Assembly (NCBI GenBank): GCA_030149205.1
Contig: JASBSB010000007.1
Span: forward strand, 570,001-602,000
Source of the DNA: Candidatus Heimdallarchaeota archaeon
Lineage (GTDB): Archaea > Asgardarchaeota > Heimdallarchaeia > Heimdallarchaeales > Kariarchaeaceae
DNA: 32,000 nt
Reading direction: 5' to 3'
Part shown: positions 8,309 through 16,998 of the stretch, one piece after another
Layout: each line of letters begins with the position of its first letter
How positions within the stretch are numbered: the stretch's first letter is position 1
Notes under the pieces: generated by a model
The model's input: only the letters and a program-made list of their open reading frames with translations
Database searches by the model: none
What the model was told of the DNA's origin: nothing
Translations under genes and position numbers: made by a program

Positions 8309-9414
8309 TGATCCCTAGAATTGCAGTACAGTCAATGGAAGCTTATTCTCCATTAAAAAGTCTAAAAGAAATTTCAGAAGAGATAAAGCTCGATGTCAAT
8401 GAAATCGTCAAACTCAATGGGAACGAGAACCCATTTCCATTATCATTTCAAATGACTGATACCATAAACTTAGAAGTATATCCAGACCCAGAGTCGAAGG
8501 TTCTCACTCAAAAGATTGCAAATTTTGTTGGGTTAGCACCAGATCAGGTCTTTGTTGGTGCTGGTGCGGATGAAATAATTGATCTGATACAACGGGCATT
8601 TCTCAATCCAGGTGATAGAGTAATCAGCTTAGAACCAACATTCAGCATGTACGAGTTTTTCTGTAATCTGAACTCGGGAAATTTTATATCAATCCCCATG
8701 AGGAAGGTGGTTAATCTCAACCTATCAGAATATCAAATCCCCACAGACAAGGTGCTGAAGGAGGCAGATAATGCAAAGATGATTTTTCTTAGCTCACCTA
8801 ATAATCCAGATGGGAAGCTGGTCAACAATAATCTTATCTTAGAATTACTACGGAAAGGGGTGCTCGTTGTACTGGATGAGGCCTATATTGAATTTTCACA
8901 TCAATCACCAACAATAAACTTAGTAAATGAGTATTCAAATCTGATTGTCTTAAGAACCTTCAGCAAAGCGTTTGGACTGGCTGGCATGAGAATTGGGTAT
9001 GCACTTCTAAACCCAGAGTTAAAGTTCATCCTCCAGAAGATCAAGCAACCTTATAATGTTACAACATTGTCTCAAAATCTCGCAATAAATGCATTGGAAA
9101 GAATTAAGGAGATACAAGAGAATGTAGAAGTTATAAAAGAGATCAGAGATGAATACTTTCAAAAATTTTCTGAGCTGACTATTCAAACCGACCAATTGAA
9201 AATTCACAGATCAGATGCAAATTTCATTCTAATGGACTTTACTACTCCAAAAATTGCAAGTGAGATTTTCCAGTATCTGAAGCAAGAGGGAGTTCTCGTA
9301 AGATATTACAATAATGAAATACTTAACAGCTCAATACGTGTATCAATCGGGAGAAGGGAACAGATGGAGAAGGTTTATTCTCTTCTCTCAAAAAAACTAG
9401 CGGTGATAAAATGA
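8308..9414 (+). CDS. hisC: Histidinol-phosphate aminotransferase
   Basis: NENP, GADEIID, SPNNPDG, DEAYIEF, RTFSKAFGLAGMRIGY; TAATG coupling to hisD. Confidence 0.96.
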   Translation: MIPRIAVQSMEAYSPLKSLKEISEEIKLDVNEIVKLNGNENPFPLSFQMTDTINLEVYPDPESKVLTQKIANFVGLAPDQVFVGAGADEIIDLIQRAFLNPGDRVISLEPTFSMYEFFCNLNSGNFISIPMRKVVNLNLSEYQIPTDKVLKEADNAKMIFLSSPNNPDGKLVNNNLILELLRKGVLVVLDEAYIEFSHQSPTINLVNEYSNLIVLRTFSKAFGLAGMRIGYALLNPELKFILQKIKQPYNVTTLSQNLAINALERIKEIQENVEVIKEIRDEYFQKFSELTIQTDQLKIHRSDANFILMDFTTPKIASEIFQYLKQEGVLVRYYNNEILNSSIRVSIGRREQMEKVYSLLSKKLAVIK

Positions 9415-10007
9415 CAAGACAAGGAGAAATCAGTCGAAAGACAAAGGAAACAGAAATCAAAGTTGTAATAAACTTGGATGGAGAGGGAAACACGAACATA
9501 TCAACAGGTATTGGGTTCTTGAACCACATGCTCACAGCATTCGCTGTTCATGGAAAATTTAACCTAGAGGTAAAAGCAATTGGGGATCTAGATATTGACA
9601 CACATCACACAGTGGAAGATATAGCCATCTGTCTGGGGCTAGCAATACAACAAGCAATAGGAGAAAAAAGAGGGATTGAACGAATGGCAGATTCCTTTGT
9701 TCCAATGGATGAATCTCTGGTTCGTGTAGTCTTGGATCTATCAGGAAGACCATATTTTGTTAGTGACTTCAAATGGGATTCTCCCTTAATTGGAAGTATC
9801 AGCTCTCAGATCATTAAAACCAGTGAGATTGAACATTTTCTAGAAACCCTTGCCTTCAGATCACTTACCACACTTCACATAAAGGTGTTCTATGGGAGAG
9901 ATGACCATCACATGTCTGAAGCTGTTTTCAAGGCACTTGGGAGGGCATTGTATAAAGCAACTAGGATTGTTGGCACTACTGTTCCCTCATCAAAGGGAAT
10001 ACTGTAA
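9411..10007 (+). CDS. hisB: Imidazoleglycerol-phosphate dehydratase, monofunctional (no phosphatase domain)
   Basis: RKTKETEI, TGIGFLNHML, DTHHTVED, PMDES, DDHHMSEAVFKA; ATGA overlap with hisC. Confidence 0.97.
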   Translation: MTRQGEISRKTKETEIKVVINLDGEGNTNISTGIGFLNHMLTAFAVHGKFNLEVKAIGDLDIDTHHTVEDIAICLGLAIQQAIGEKRGIERMADSFVPMDESLVRVVLDLSGRPYFVSDFKWDSPLIGSISSQIIKTSEIEHFLETLAFRSLTTLHIKVFYGRDDHHMSEAVFKALGRALYKATRIVGTTVPSSKGIL

Positions 10008-10018
10008 GAGGATAAAAG

Positions 10019-10621
10019 ATGATAGCAATAGTTAATACTGGCTCTGGAAATCTAAGATCAGTTCAAAAAGCACTTGAATTATTTTATCCAGAGATTAAGA
10101 TAATTGATACCCCAAAAAGCATCAGTTCAGCAGATGGGATGGTCTTGCCTGGGGTAGGTTCCTTTGGTGATGCAGTTGATACATTAAATGAAATAGATCT
10201 TTTTGAGGAAGTTAAGGAGTTGGGAAAATCCATACCGGTACTTGGAATTTGTCTGGGAATGCAGATTCTTTTTGAGCGATCTGAAGAGTCACCAGATGCT
10301 ACAGGTTTAGGATTGTTAAGAGGAGAGGTTTTAAAACTTCATCCTCTCAATGATACTAATGTCCCACATACTGGTTGGAATCGTTTAATTCCACAGCAAA
10401 AGGAACAGAAGATTGAGAACCTTAAGTACGCCTATTTCAATCACTCATATTACTGCCACCCTGAGGATGAAAATGTTATTGATTATTCTGTTATCCATGG
10501 GGGAAAATATCCCGCGATTATCCAGAAGAGAAATATCTTAGCAACACAGTTTCATCCAGAAAAGAGTAGAGAGAGTGGTGAACAGGTGTTGAAGTATTTT
10601 GTGAGGTCGGTTAGACAGTGA
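10019..10621 (+). CDS. hisH: Imidazole glycerol phosphate synthase glutaminase subunit
   Basis: GSGNLRSV, LPGVGSF, GICLGMQ (catalytic Cys), PHTGWN, QFHPEKS. Confidence 0.96.
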   Translation: MIAIVNTGSGNLRSVQKALELFYPEIKIIDTPKSISSADGMVLPGVGSFGDAVDTLNEIDLFEEVKELGKSIPVLGICLGMQILFERSEESPDATGLGLLRGEVLKLHPLNDTNVPHTGWNRLIPQQKEQKIENLKYAYFNHSYYCHPEDENVIDYSVIHGGKYPAIIQKRNILATQFHPEKSRESGEQVLKYFVRSVRQ

Positions 10622-12210
10622 AGAAAATACTTGTAGCAATAGATCTCATGAACGGAGAGGTAGTCAGACTTAGCCAAGGTGAATTTTCAAATAAGACAGT
10701 CTATTCAAAGACGCCTCTAGATGTAATGAAGAAGTTTGTCTCAGAAGGGGTCGAATGGTTTCATATTGTAAACCTTGATGGAACACAAGCAGAACCGAAA
10801 ATACAACCCAATAATGGAACCAATAATGGAACCAAAACAGGAACTAATAATGAGACTGACGATGACAGTAGGTCTGCCAATTTAACCGTCATAAGACAAC
10901 TGATCAAGTATGGAAAATCAGTTGGGGTCAGTATTCAAATTGGTGGAGGGGTAAGAAATTATACCCAGGTCAAAAAATACCTTGAAATTGGTGTTGACAG
11001 GGTTGTGATTGGAACCTTGGTGTTCAGTGATCCAACTGAATTTAAAAAAATATTATCCGCGTATTCGACTCAAGTAGTCGTTGCTCTTGATGTCTTGGAT
11101 GGAATTGTAAGGGTTCATGGTTGGACTAAATCAACAGAGACAAGCATTGAAACTGCAATCTCTGACCTTCTTTCTCTTGGTGTATCCAACTTTCTTGTGA
11201 CAGACATCAAGAAGGATGGAATGCTGTCAGGAATTAATACTGAACTTTACAGAAAAATTCAATCCCTTTTAGACAGTTCGGAGAGTAAAAAATCAGGGAA
11301 TCACATTGAGATTATTGCTTCTGGGGGTGTAAATTCTCTTGACTCAATTAAATCTGCATTAGAGGTCTGTGGATCTGTTGTCGTAGGTAGGAGTCTATAT
11401 GAGGGAACAATTAACCAAGCTCAACTTGGAAACATAATTTTGGCGTATAACAAAAGCTATCTGACAAAACGAATCATTCCATGTCTTGATGTAAAAAATG
11501 GGAAGGTTGTCAAGGGGGTCAACTTTCTCAATCTCAAAGATATAGGTGATCCAGTCGAGATGGCAATGTACTACAATGAAAAAGGGGCTGATGAGCTTGT
11601 GTTTTTAGATATTACTGCCACAGTTGAAGGTCGAAAAGCAACACTTTCCAAGATACGTGAGGTTGCAGAGACTGTATTCATCCCATTCACAGTTGGTGGA
11701 GGGGTCAAGACACTTGCCGATATTCAAGATATCATTAATGCAGGAGCAGAGAAGGTCGCCATTAATTCGGGAGCGATAAGCAACCCAGAAGTTCTGACTC
11801 AGGGTGCACATAAATTTGGCTCTCAATGCATAGTCTTAGCTGTCGATGTTAAACAAAAAGGTGACACTTGGGAGGTTTACTCTCAGGCAGGAACACAACC
11901 AACAGGGCTTGATGCATTTAGATGGATTGAGAAAGCCATATCTAAGGGAGCAGGTGAAATTCTTGTCACAAGTATAGACAGAGACGGAACCAAACAGGGT
12001 TTCGATTTACAGCTGTTGTCAGAGCTACGAGCAAGATTCAAGGTACCCATTATTGCTTCTGGTGGTGCTGGTCAAGTAGAGCATTTTGCAGAGATATTTG
12101 ACATTGGGATTGATGCAGGATTGGCTGCATCCATCTTTCATGAGAGAGAGATTGAGATTCATACCCTGAAAAGGCTATTGAAAAGTCGAAATGTTAGAGT
12201 AAGAATCTGA
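10618..12210 (+). CDS. hisA/hisF: HisA-HisF fusion (ProFAR isomerase plus IGP synthase cyclase subunit)
   Basis: N-half: [53 protein letters not shown]-half: [46 protein letters not shown]. One continuous 530-aa ORF with a GTG start. Confidence 0.95.
   Translation: MKKILVAIDLMNGEVVRLSQGEFSNKTVYSKTPLDVMKKFVSEGVEWFHIVNLDGTQAEPKIQPNNGTNNGTKTGTNNETDDDSRSANLTVIRQLIKYGKSVGVSIQIGGGVRNYTQVKKYLEIGVDRVVIGTLVFSDPTEFKKILSAYSTQVVVALDVLDGIVRVHGWTKSTETSIETAISDLLSLGVSNFLVTDIKKDGMLSGINTELYRKIQSLLDSSESKKSGNHIEIIASGGVNSLDSIKSALEVCGSVVVGRSLYEGTINQAQLGNIILAYNKSYLTKRIIPCLDVKNGKVVKGVNFLNLKDIGDPVEMAMYYNEKGADELVFLDITATVEGRKATLSKIREVAETVFIPFTVGGGVKTLADIQDIINAGAEKVAINSGAISNPEVLTQGAHKFGSQCIVLAVDVKQKGDTWEVYSQAGTQPTGLDAFRWIEKAISKGAGEILVTSIDRDGTKQGFDLQLLSELRARFKVPIIASGGAGQVEHFAEIFDIGIDAGLAASIFHEREIEIHTLKRLLKSRNVRVRI
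10810..10857 (+). repeat. Four degenerate 12-bp tandem units within the HisA domain ([16 protein letters not shown])
   Basis: AATAATGGAACC AATAATGGAACC AAAACAGGAACT AATAATGAGACT. Confidence 0.85.
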
Positions 12211-12302
12211 GGGCTCTGGGGTAATATATAAAATATAAACGGTTAAAATAATACAACCTCCAACGGAACAAGACTTTTAAATTCGGGCTGAGAATCAGAT
12301 TA

Positions 12303-14531
12303 GTGACCATCAAGTCTTTACTCATCATCATACTCGTGCTGTTCAGTCCAGTTATCATTGTGGAAAGCTTACCAACACCAAGTCAGAATGGTAAAATCAT
12401 AATAATGTCTCCCTCAGGTCCTATACTAGTACCAAATTCTGTTAACAAAAGCAAAGTCATTCCTATTGGGAATAAGGTTCTATTGCAGCCGTATTTTTGG
12501 TTAATGCCAGACACTGGAACCCTTTGGACACAGTTGACAGACTACATTCCTTACTTTAAACAGATAGGCTTTGACTCCCTCTGGTTACCACCTGTGGCAA
12601 AAACACAATCTGGTGATATTGCAAGAGGTGGGTACGAACCCTATGATTATTATGATCTTGGACAATACAATCAAAAAGGAGCTGTTCAAACACGTTATGG
12701 TTCCAGAGCAGAGTTAGAACAGCTAATTCAGGCAGCCAATGACGCAGGCATTGGGACAATCGCAGATGTCGTCATAAACCACAGAGTTGGTGGGTTCCCA
12801 GAAAATAATACATTTACCGGTACAGTCACGAATACAAATTTCATGGAGGTACTCAGCGGAAAGCTGAAGATGAACTATACTGATTTCTGGCCAAACAAGT
12901 ACGGAACTGGCGACAGGTTCCAGTATGGCTCTCTACCTGACATCTCACACTCTGTACCTTATGTCCAATCAGAGTTCGTAAAATATGGGCTCTGGTTAAG
13001 GGATGTCATTGGATTTGACGGATACAGGTTTGATACCGCTCTGGGGATTCCTCCCTTCATGCTTCGATACTGGATGCAAAACGTGACAGGCACTTGGGGA
13101 GCAGCTGAGTATTGGGCAAGATACCCAGAGAGGAATGATATCATGTCTTACATCAAGCAAACAAACAACACAGTTACTGCCTTTGATTTTCCGCTTCTTG
13201 CTCACCTCAGGGATATGACAAATTTCAATGGCTCGTATGACATGAGGATGCTCCCCTTCTCTGGCTTATCTTGGATAAACCCAAAGGCTGTGACGTTTGC
13301 AGTTAACCACGATACATACAGAGATTCGTTCAATATCAAGGCAAACAGACAACTTGCGTATGCATACATCATGACACATCAAGGATACCCTTCTGTTTTT
13401 TGGATGGACTACCTCAATCCAAACCTACATGGGTTTCTCAACACCATAGTTCAGATACACAACCTCTATGCAAAAGGTGACACCAAGCTGCTGTATGTTG
13501 ATCAAGATAATTATGTTGCTCAGAGAATGGGTGATCCTGGGCTGATTATAGCCATCAATGATAACCCCATAACCTCAAAAAGTATTCAGATTCATACCAA
13601 GTGGAACAGTTCGACTCTTCATGAGTTGACTGGGAGATTTGGAAGCATCAAGACAGACAGTTTTGGAAATACAACACTTCAAATACCTCCATCCAACTTT
13701 CTGATTTATTCCACAGGGCAGCCAGTTTCAAATTTGAGCCGGATTGTAGATATCAACTCATTTAGGAGTCCAACAGCTCTAGAGAAAAGAACTGTGGATC
13801 TAACATCTCCCTTCGATGACAAGTGGGGAAATCCAGTATACATGGATAAGATCGGAGATGCGTTTGAAGCACCATTCGATCTTAGTAATCTTTACGCGAG
13901 ATATGATAACAATAACCTGTATGTATCACTAAACTATGACAATCTCTATGATGGACATCAGGGGAAGATCGACTATGGACTTGCCCTCAGCAACAAATTT
14001 GGAGGTGCAATAGATGACCCTGGGCTCCACCCAGACATCAAGTGGGCAGGAACAGACAACAGACCAGATTTCCTGATATATGTTCACACAGATCAAAAAT
14101 CTGATTCATACAAGAGGTACATAACAGGCATCTCCAGTTATGAATGGACTGGAAATGCTTGGAAGAACTCCTCGTTGACATTGACAACAAAAATGGATAA
14201 AATTATTGGAAATGTAGAATTTAAGATTCCTTTGCAACAGCTACAAATTGAGGGACAGGTCTCTCTCAAAGGATTTGCAACCCCCTCGAATTTCACCGGT
14301 GTAAAGGACTCTGTTCCACAGGATCAAACAATAGCAATCCATGGTGGAGAAACATCATGGTTGTTCATGCCACCTTCATTGACACTTGATTATTACTCTT
14401 CCAATTCAAGTGTCACTAGCAAAACATCTAGAAGTTCAACTTCCACGTCGGGAAACCCAATATCTGTTTCTTATGTTGTATTTCTATCACCTGCTATCAT
14501 GATTATTGTTAAGAAAAGGTTATTTAGATAA
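12303..14531 (+). CDS. Secreted/membrane-anchored GH13 alpha-amylase with a C-terminal beta-sandwich (CBM9/DOMON-like) domain
   Basis: Signal peptide; GYEPYDYYDLG, ADVVINHR, GYRFD, AEYW, FDFPL, NHDT catalytic regions; Ser/Thr linker, hydrophobic helix and KKRLFR tail. Confidence 0.9.
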   Translation: MTIKSLLIIILVLFSPVIIVESLPTPSQNGKIIIMSPSGPILVPNSVNKSKVIPIGNKVLLQPYFWLMPDTGTLWTQLTDYIPYFKQIGFDSLWLPPVAKTQSGDIARGGYEPYDYYDLGQYNQKGAVQTRYGSRAELEQLIQAANDAGIGTIADVVINHRVGGFPENNTFTGTVTNTNFMEVLSGKLKMNYTDFWPNKYGTGDRFQYGSLPDISHSVPYVQSEFVKYGLWLRDVIGFDGYRFDTALGIPPFMLRYWMQNVTGTWGAAEYWARYPERNDIMSYIKQTNNTVTAFDFPLLAHLRDMTNFNGSYDMRMLPFSGLSWINPKAVTFAVNHDTYRDSFNIKANRQLAYAYIMTHQGYPSVFWMDYLNPNLHGFLNTIVQIHNLYAKGDTKLLYVDQDNYVAQRMGDPGLIIAINDNPITSKSIQIHTKWNSSTLHELTGRFGSIKTDSFGNTTLQIPPSNFLIYSTGQPVSNLSRIVDINSFRSPTALEKRTVDLTSPFDDKWGNPVYMDKIGDAFEAPFDLSNLYARYDNNNLYVSLNYDNLYDGHQGKIDYGLALSNKFGGAIDDPGLHPDIKWAGTDNRPDFLIYVHTDQKSDSYKRYITGISSYEWTGNAWKNSSLTLTTKMDKIIGNVEFKIPLQQLQIEGQVSLKGFATPSNFTGVKDSVPQDQTIAIHGGETSWLFMPPSLTLDYYSSNSSVTSKTSRSSTSTSGNPISVSYVVFLSPAIMIIVKKRLFR

Positions 14532-14690
14532 TTCTAAGGAGGTTTTCCCCCTCACATCAATGCGTTACTGTGCTTTATTCAATTATTAATCTAGTATTAT
14601 CCAACAGATTAAAGCTTTAGATGACCAGAGGAACATTTACAGATATTTGAACCAAAATGGGTATTGAATTTTTGGTCAAGTTTGAACGGA

Positions 14691-14708
14691 TTGTTAGAGC
14701 TCTAACAA
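14691..14708. promoter_or_regulatory. Perfect 18-bp palindrome, putative operator (distal)
   Basis: TTGTTAGAG|CTCTAACAA; shares TTAGAGCTCTAACAA with the site at 14864. Confidence 0.6.
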
Positions 14709-14863
14709 CTGCTTGGTTGCTTCAATTTTTTGCCTGGTTTAAGTTAAGCTCTTCACAAATGATTTCATTAGAAACATAAATTAAATTGTTTGTGTTCTTA
14801 CATCAATCGCTATATTTATATACTTGTTCTCCCTATCTATAATTAATCAATTGGATGCTCATA

Positions 14864-14875
14864 TTAGAGCTCTAA
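14864..14875. promoter_or_regulatory. 12-bp palindrome, putative operator (proximal)
   Basis: TTAGAG|CTCTAA, between a TATA-like TTTATATA (14815-14822) and the GGTGGT ribosome-binding site of the PadR-like gene. Confidence 0.6.
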
Positions 14876-14889
14876 CAATTGGTGGTAAT

Positions 14890-15375
14890 ATGTGGCTTGG
14901 AATAATAAAACATAATGGAAAAGTGCTATCCCCTGTTGAACTCATCACACTGATGGAAGTTCCAAACTCTGAGGTGATTTCAGCAAAACAGCTTATGGAG
15001 AAAATAGAGATGGAAACATCTTACTGGAAACCAGAGAGAGGAACCATCTATCCCATAATGCACAGGTTAACTGGAATGGGTCTGCTCAAGAAAACAAAGA
15101 CTGAGGGAAACACCCTGGGATTCAGAAGAACTCAGGAGGGAACTGCATTTCTAAGATCAAGCTTTGATGAGATTGCCATCCAATTGGAGGTCTTCGTTAA
15201 GTATTTCAGCTCTGTAGCAGACAGTGCCGTTAAAATCGACCCAATCAAATCTTTGAGGTTTATTGAAAAAATGGAAACGCTGGCTGATGAACTGAAAGTT
15301 AAACTTGCTAAGATCAAGACCAGAGCACATGAAATCGTTGAAGAAGACGACTGGCATGAAATATCAATTGAATAG
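14890..15375 (+). CDS. PadR-like winged-helix transcriptional regulator
   Basis: WKPERGTIYPIMHRLTGMGLL helix-turn-helix followed by a helical C-terminus. ATG 14890 after GGTGGT is preferred over TTG 14824. Confidence 0.75.
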   Translation: MWLGIIKHNGKVLSPVELITLMEVPNSEVISAKQLMEKIEMETSYWKPERGTIYPIMHRLTGMGLLKKTKTEGNTLGFRRTQEGTAFLRSSFDEIAIQLEVFVKYFSSVADSAVKIDPIKSLRFIEKMETLADELKVKLAKIKTRAHEIVEEDDWHEISIE

Positions 15376-15384
15376 GTGAATACA

Positions 15385-15933
15385 ATGGAAAAAGATGACA
15401 TTGAAATTGAAACTGAAGTAGAAGAGACCTTTGAAGATGAAGAGGTCTTTGATGAAATACATGAACACGGCCCCCACGGGCCACACTCCGGCAAGCATGT
15501 CTTTGTGAGAAAAATGAAGGGACCAAGGGGTCCTAAAGGGCCAATGGGTCCAATGGGATTCGAATTTGGATTTAAGGGGCGAAGAGGAGGCAAAGGGAAA
15601 ATGGGTTGCCAATGCATGTCTGGACAAGGAAGAAGAGGTAAGAATTTCCCTGTTAGAGTGGAACAATTACTCAAAGGTGATGATCTAAAAGTCGTTATCT
15701 TTCTCCCAGGAATTGACAAGACAAGTCTCAAGATCAGAGCAAAACCCACACAGTTGGTTGTTGAGGCAAAAAATGCTGAAGAATTCAAAGAGACATTAGG
15801 TGAGGAAGAAATCTCAATACAGCTCAACCTTAAGGATCAGGTAACACCTGAAATGATCAAGGCAAAGTACGAGCTTGGAATTCTCACACTGACAGCTCCA
15901 AGAGTGCTAGGTAAAGAAGTACCTGTGGAATAA
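15385..15933 (+). CDS. Hsp20/alpha-crystallin family small heat-shock protein with a low-complexity N-terminus
   Basis: LKVVIFLPGIDK...AKYELGILTLTAP alpha-crystallin-like domain; GGTGA site 5 nt before ATG 15385 (track start is GTG 15376). Confidence 0.8.
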   Translation: MEKDDIEIETEVEETFEDEEVFDEIHEHGPHGPHSGKHVFVRKMKGPRGPKGPMGPMGFEFGFKGRRGGKGKMGCQCMSGQGRRGKNFPVRVEQLLKGDDLKVVIFLPGIDKTSLKIRAKPTQLVVEAKNAEEFKETLGEEEISIQLNLKDQVTPEMIKAKYELGILTLTAPRVLGKEVPVE

Positions 15934-16079
15934 TCCTCAAAGGCAATAAATACCACGTAAAATAAGAAAAATAATTAGAATATATTAAATTTTACACGAT
16001 AAATTCAAATTAATATTTCAAATTATAAATCCAAATTACTAATAAAAAAATACCCATTACTTAGTTAAAACTTGAATTC

Positions 16080-16385
16080 TCAAAAATCAAGGTCTTCAAG
16101 ATGTTTGATCACCTTGATCAGAGCTTGGAGCACCTCATATTCATCATGGCTGAGATGCCCATCTGATAATGCCTCTGAAAAGGCTGACATCCACATTTCA
16201 TTTCTTAGTTTCTCAAGCCCTAACCTTTCAAAATCTGTGATGATGCCGTCACCCCATGCCTTGTCTAAGATAAGAGCATAGTTAATCAGGGAATCTGTGA
16301 CTACATCCATCAGTCGTGCCTCCTCTTCGGTGATCATTCCATCTCTGAGTACTGGCTCTTTCAGCATCCTCCAGATTTCATCCAC
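16080..16385 (-). CDS. Small acidic helical protein with three DGx[IL][TS]xxE motifs
   Basis: DGMITEEE, DGIITDFE and DGHLSHDE about 30 aa apart. Start is uncertain: GTG, with the frame open upstream but no ATG. Confidence 0.65.
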   Translation of the reverse strand: MDEIWRMLKEPVLRDGMITEEEARLMDVVTDSLINYALILDKAWGDGIITDFERLGLEKLRNEMWMSAFSEALSDGHLSHDEYEVLQALIKVIKHLEDLDF

Positions 16386-16477
16386 GTATTTGTAAAAGAA
16401 TTGGTGATTATAAATCTTACTTAGGAAAGATTGATGTGATCATAAGTTTCTAAGATTATTCCTTAATCCAAGAATCG

Positions 16478-16852
16478 CTAGTTTAGCACTAGCTGACTGA
16501 TCTCAGCCTGGAGATTATACACAACCTGTTTGTTCTTACTAATTTTATAGACGAACGGGTTCGGGGTACTTCTCACCCACATCTTAAACTCCACATCCAT
16601 ATCGAAAGTTCCTGCAGATTCAACACTAAACCTGACAATTGATGAAATTGGTATGGAGTGATACTCCTTCTTACTTCCAGTGAGACCTTGTACGTCGACA
16701 TGAATGACCCGTTTGTCTGTTATCACGAAATAATCCCGAATGAACTTAAATCCCATTCTTATACTCTCTGTTGGTATAAGCAGACTGTTAACCAGTGATT
16801 CTGCCTCTTTGTTCGATATCTGACTTGAATTTCCCATTAAGCGTCCAAGCAT
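16478..16852 (-). CDS. Bacterial-type PH domain protein (bPH_1-like)
   Basis: FKFIRDYFVITDKRVIHVDVQGLTGSKKEYHSIP...FSVESAGTFDMD; ATG 16852 (MLGRLMGN) after AGGGGTG. Confidence 0.85.
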   Translation of the reverse strand: MLGRLMGNSSQISNKEAESLVNSLLIPTESIRMGFKFIRDYFVITDKRVIHVDVQGLTGSKKEYHSIPISSIVRFSVESAGTFDMDVEFKMWVRSTPNPFVYKISKNKQVVYNLQAEISQLVLN

Positions 16853-16998
16853 AATAACACCCCTGAATCCGTAAACCTTAAGGTTTGTGATGAGATTGAA
16901 GTCAAGGGGATTGTTTGCCAATTTGGTAGTGACAAAGCAGTTAAGATGGTTGGGATTTAGAGTGTGATAGTGTATCTCAGGTAAAGTGATGTAAGTAA

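Noticed and set aside
15132-15827. 231-aa minus-strand ORF, and similar track ORFs such as 287-493, 990-1199, 3261-3491, 6115-6384, 7585-7980, 18759-19028, 21361-21594, 23608-23838, 30180-30413 and 30380-30583
   Set aside because: These are antisense or off-frame shadows lying over well-supported genes, with no motifs of their own.
15934-16079. Very AT-rich intergenic stretches (also 29267-29600) as an origin, CRISPR leader or ncRNA
   Set aside because: I found no repeat-spacer array, ORB-like repeats or stable structure. They are consistent with terminator and promoter regions.
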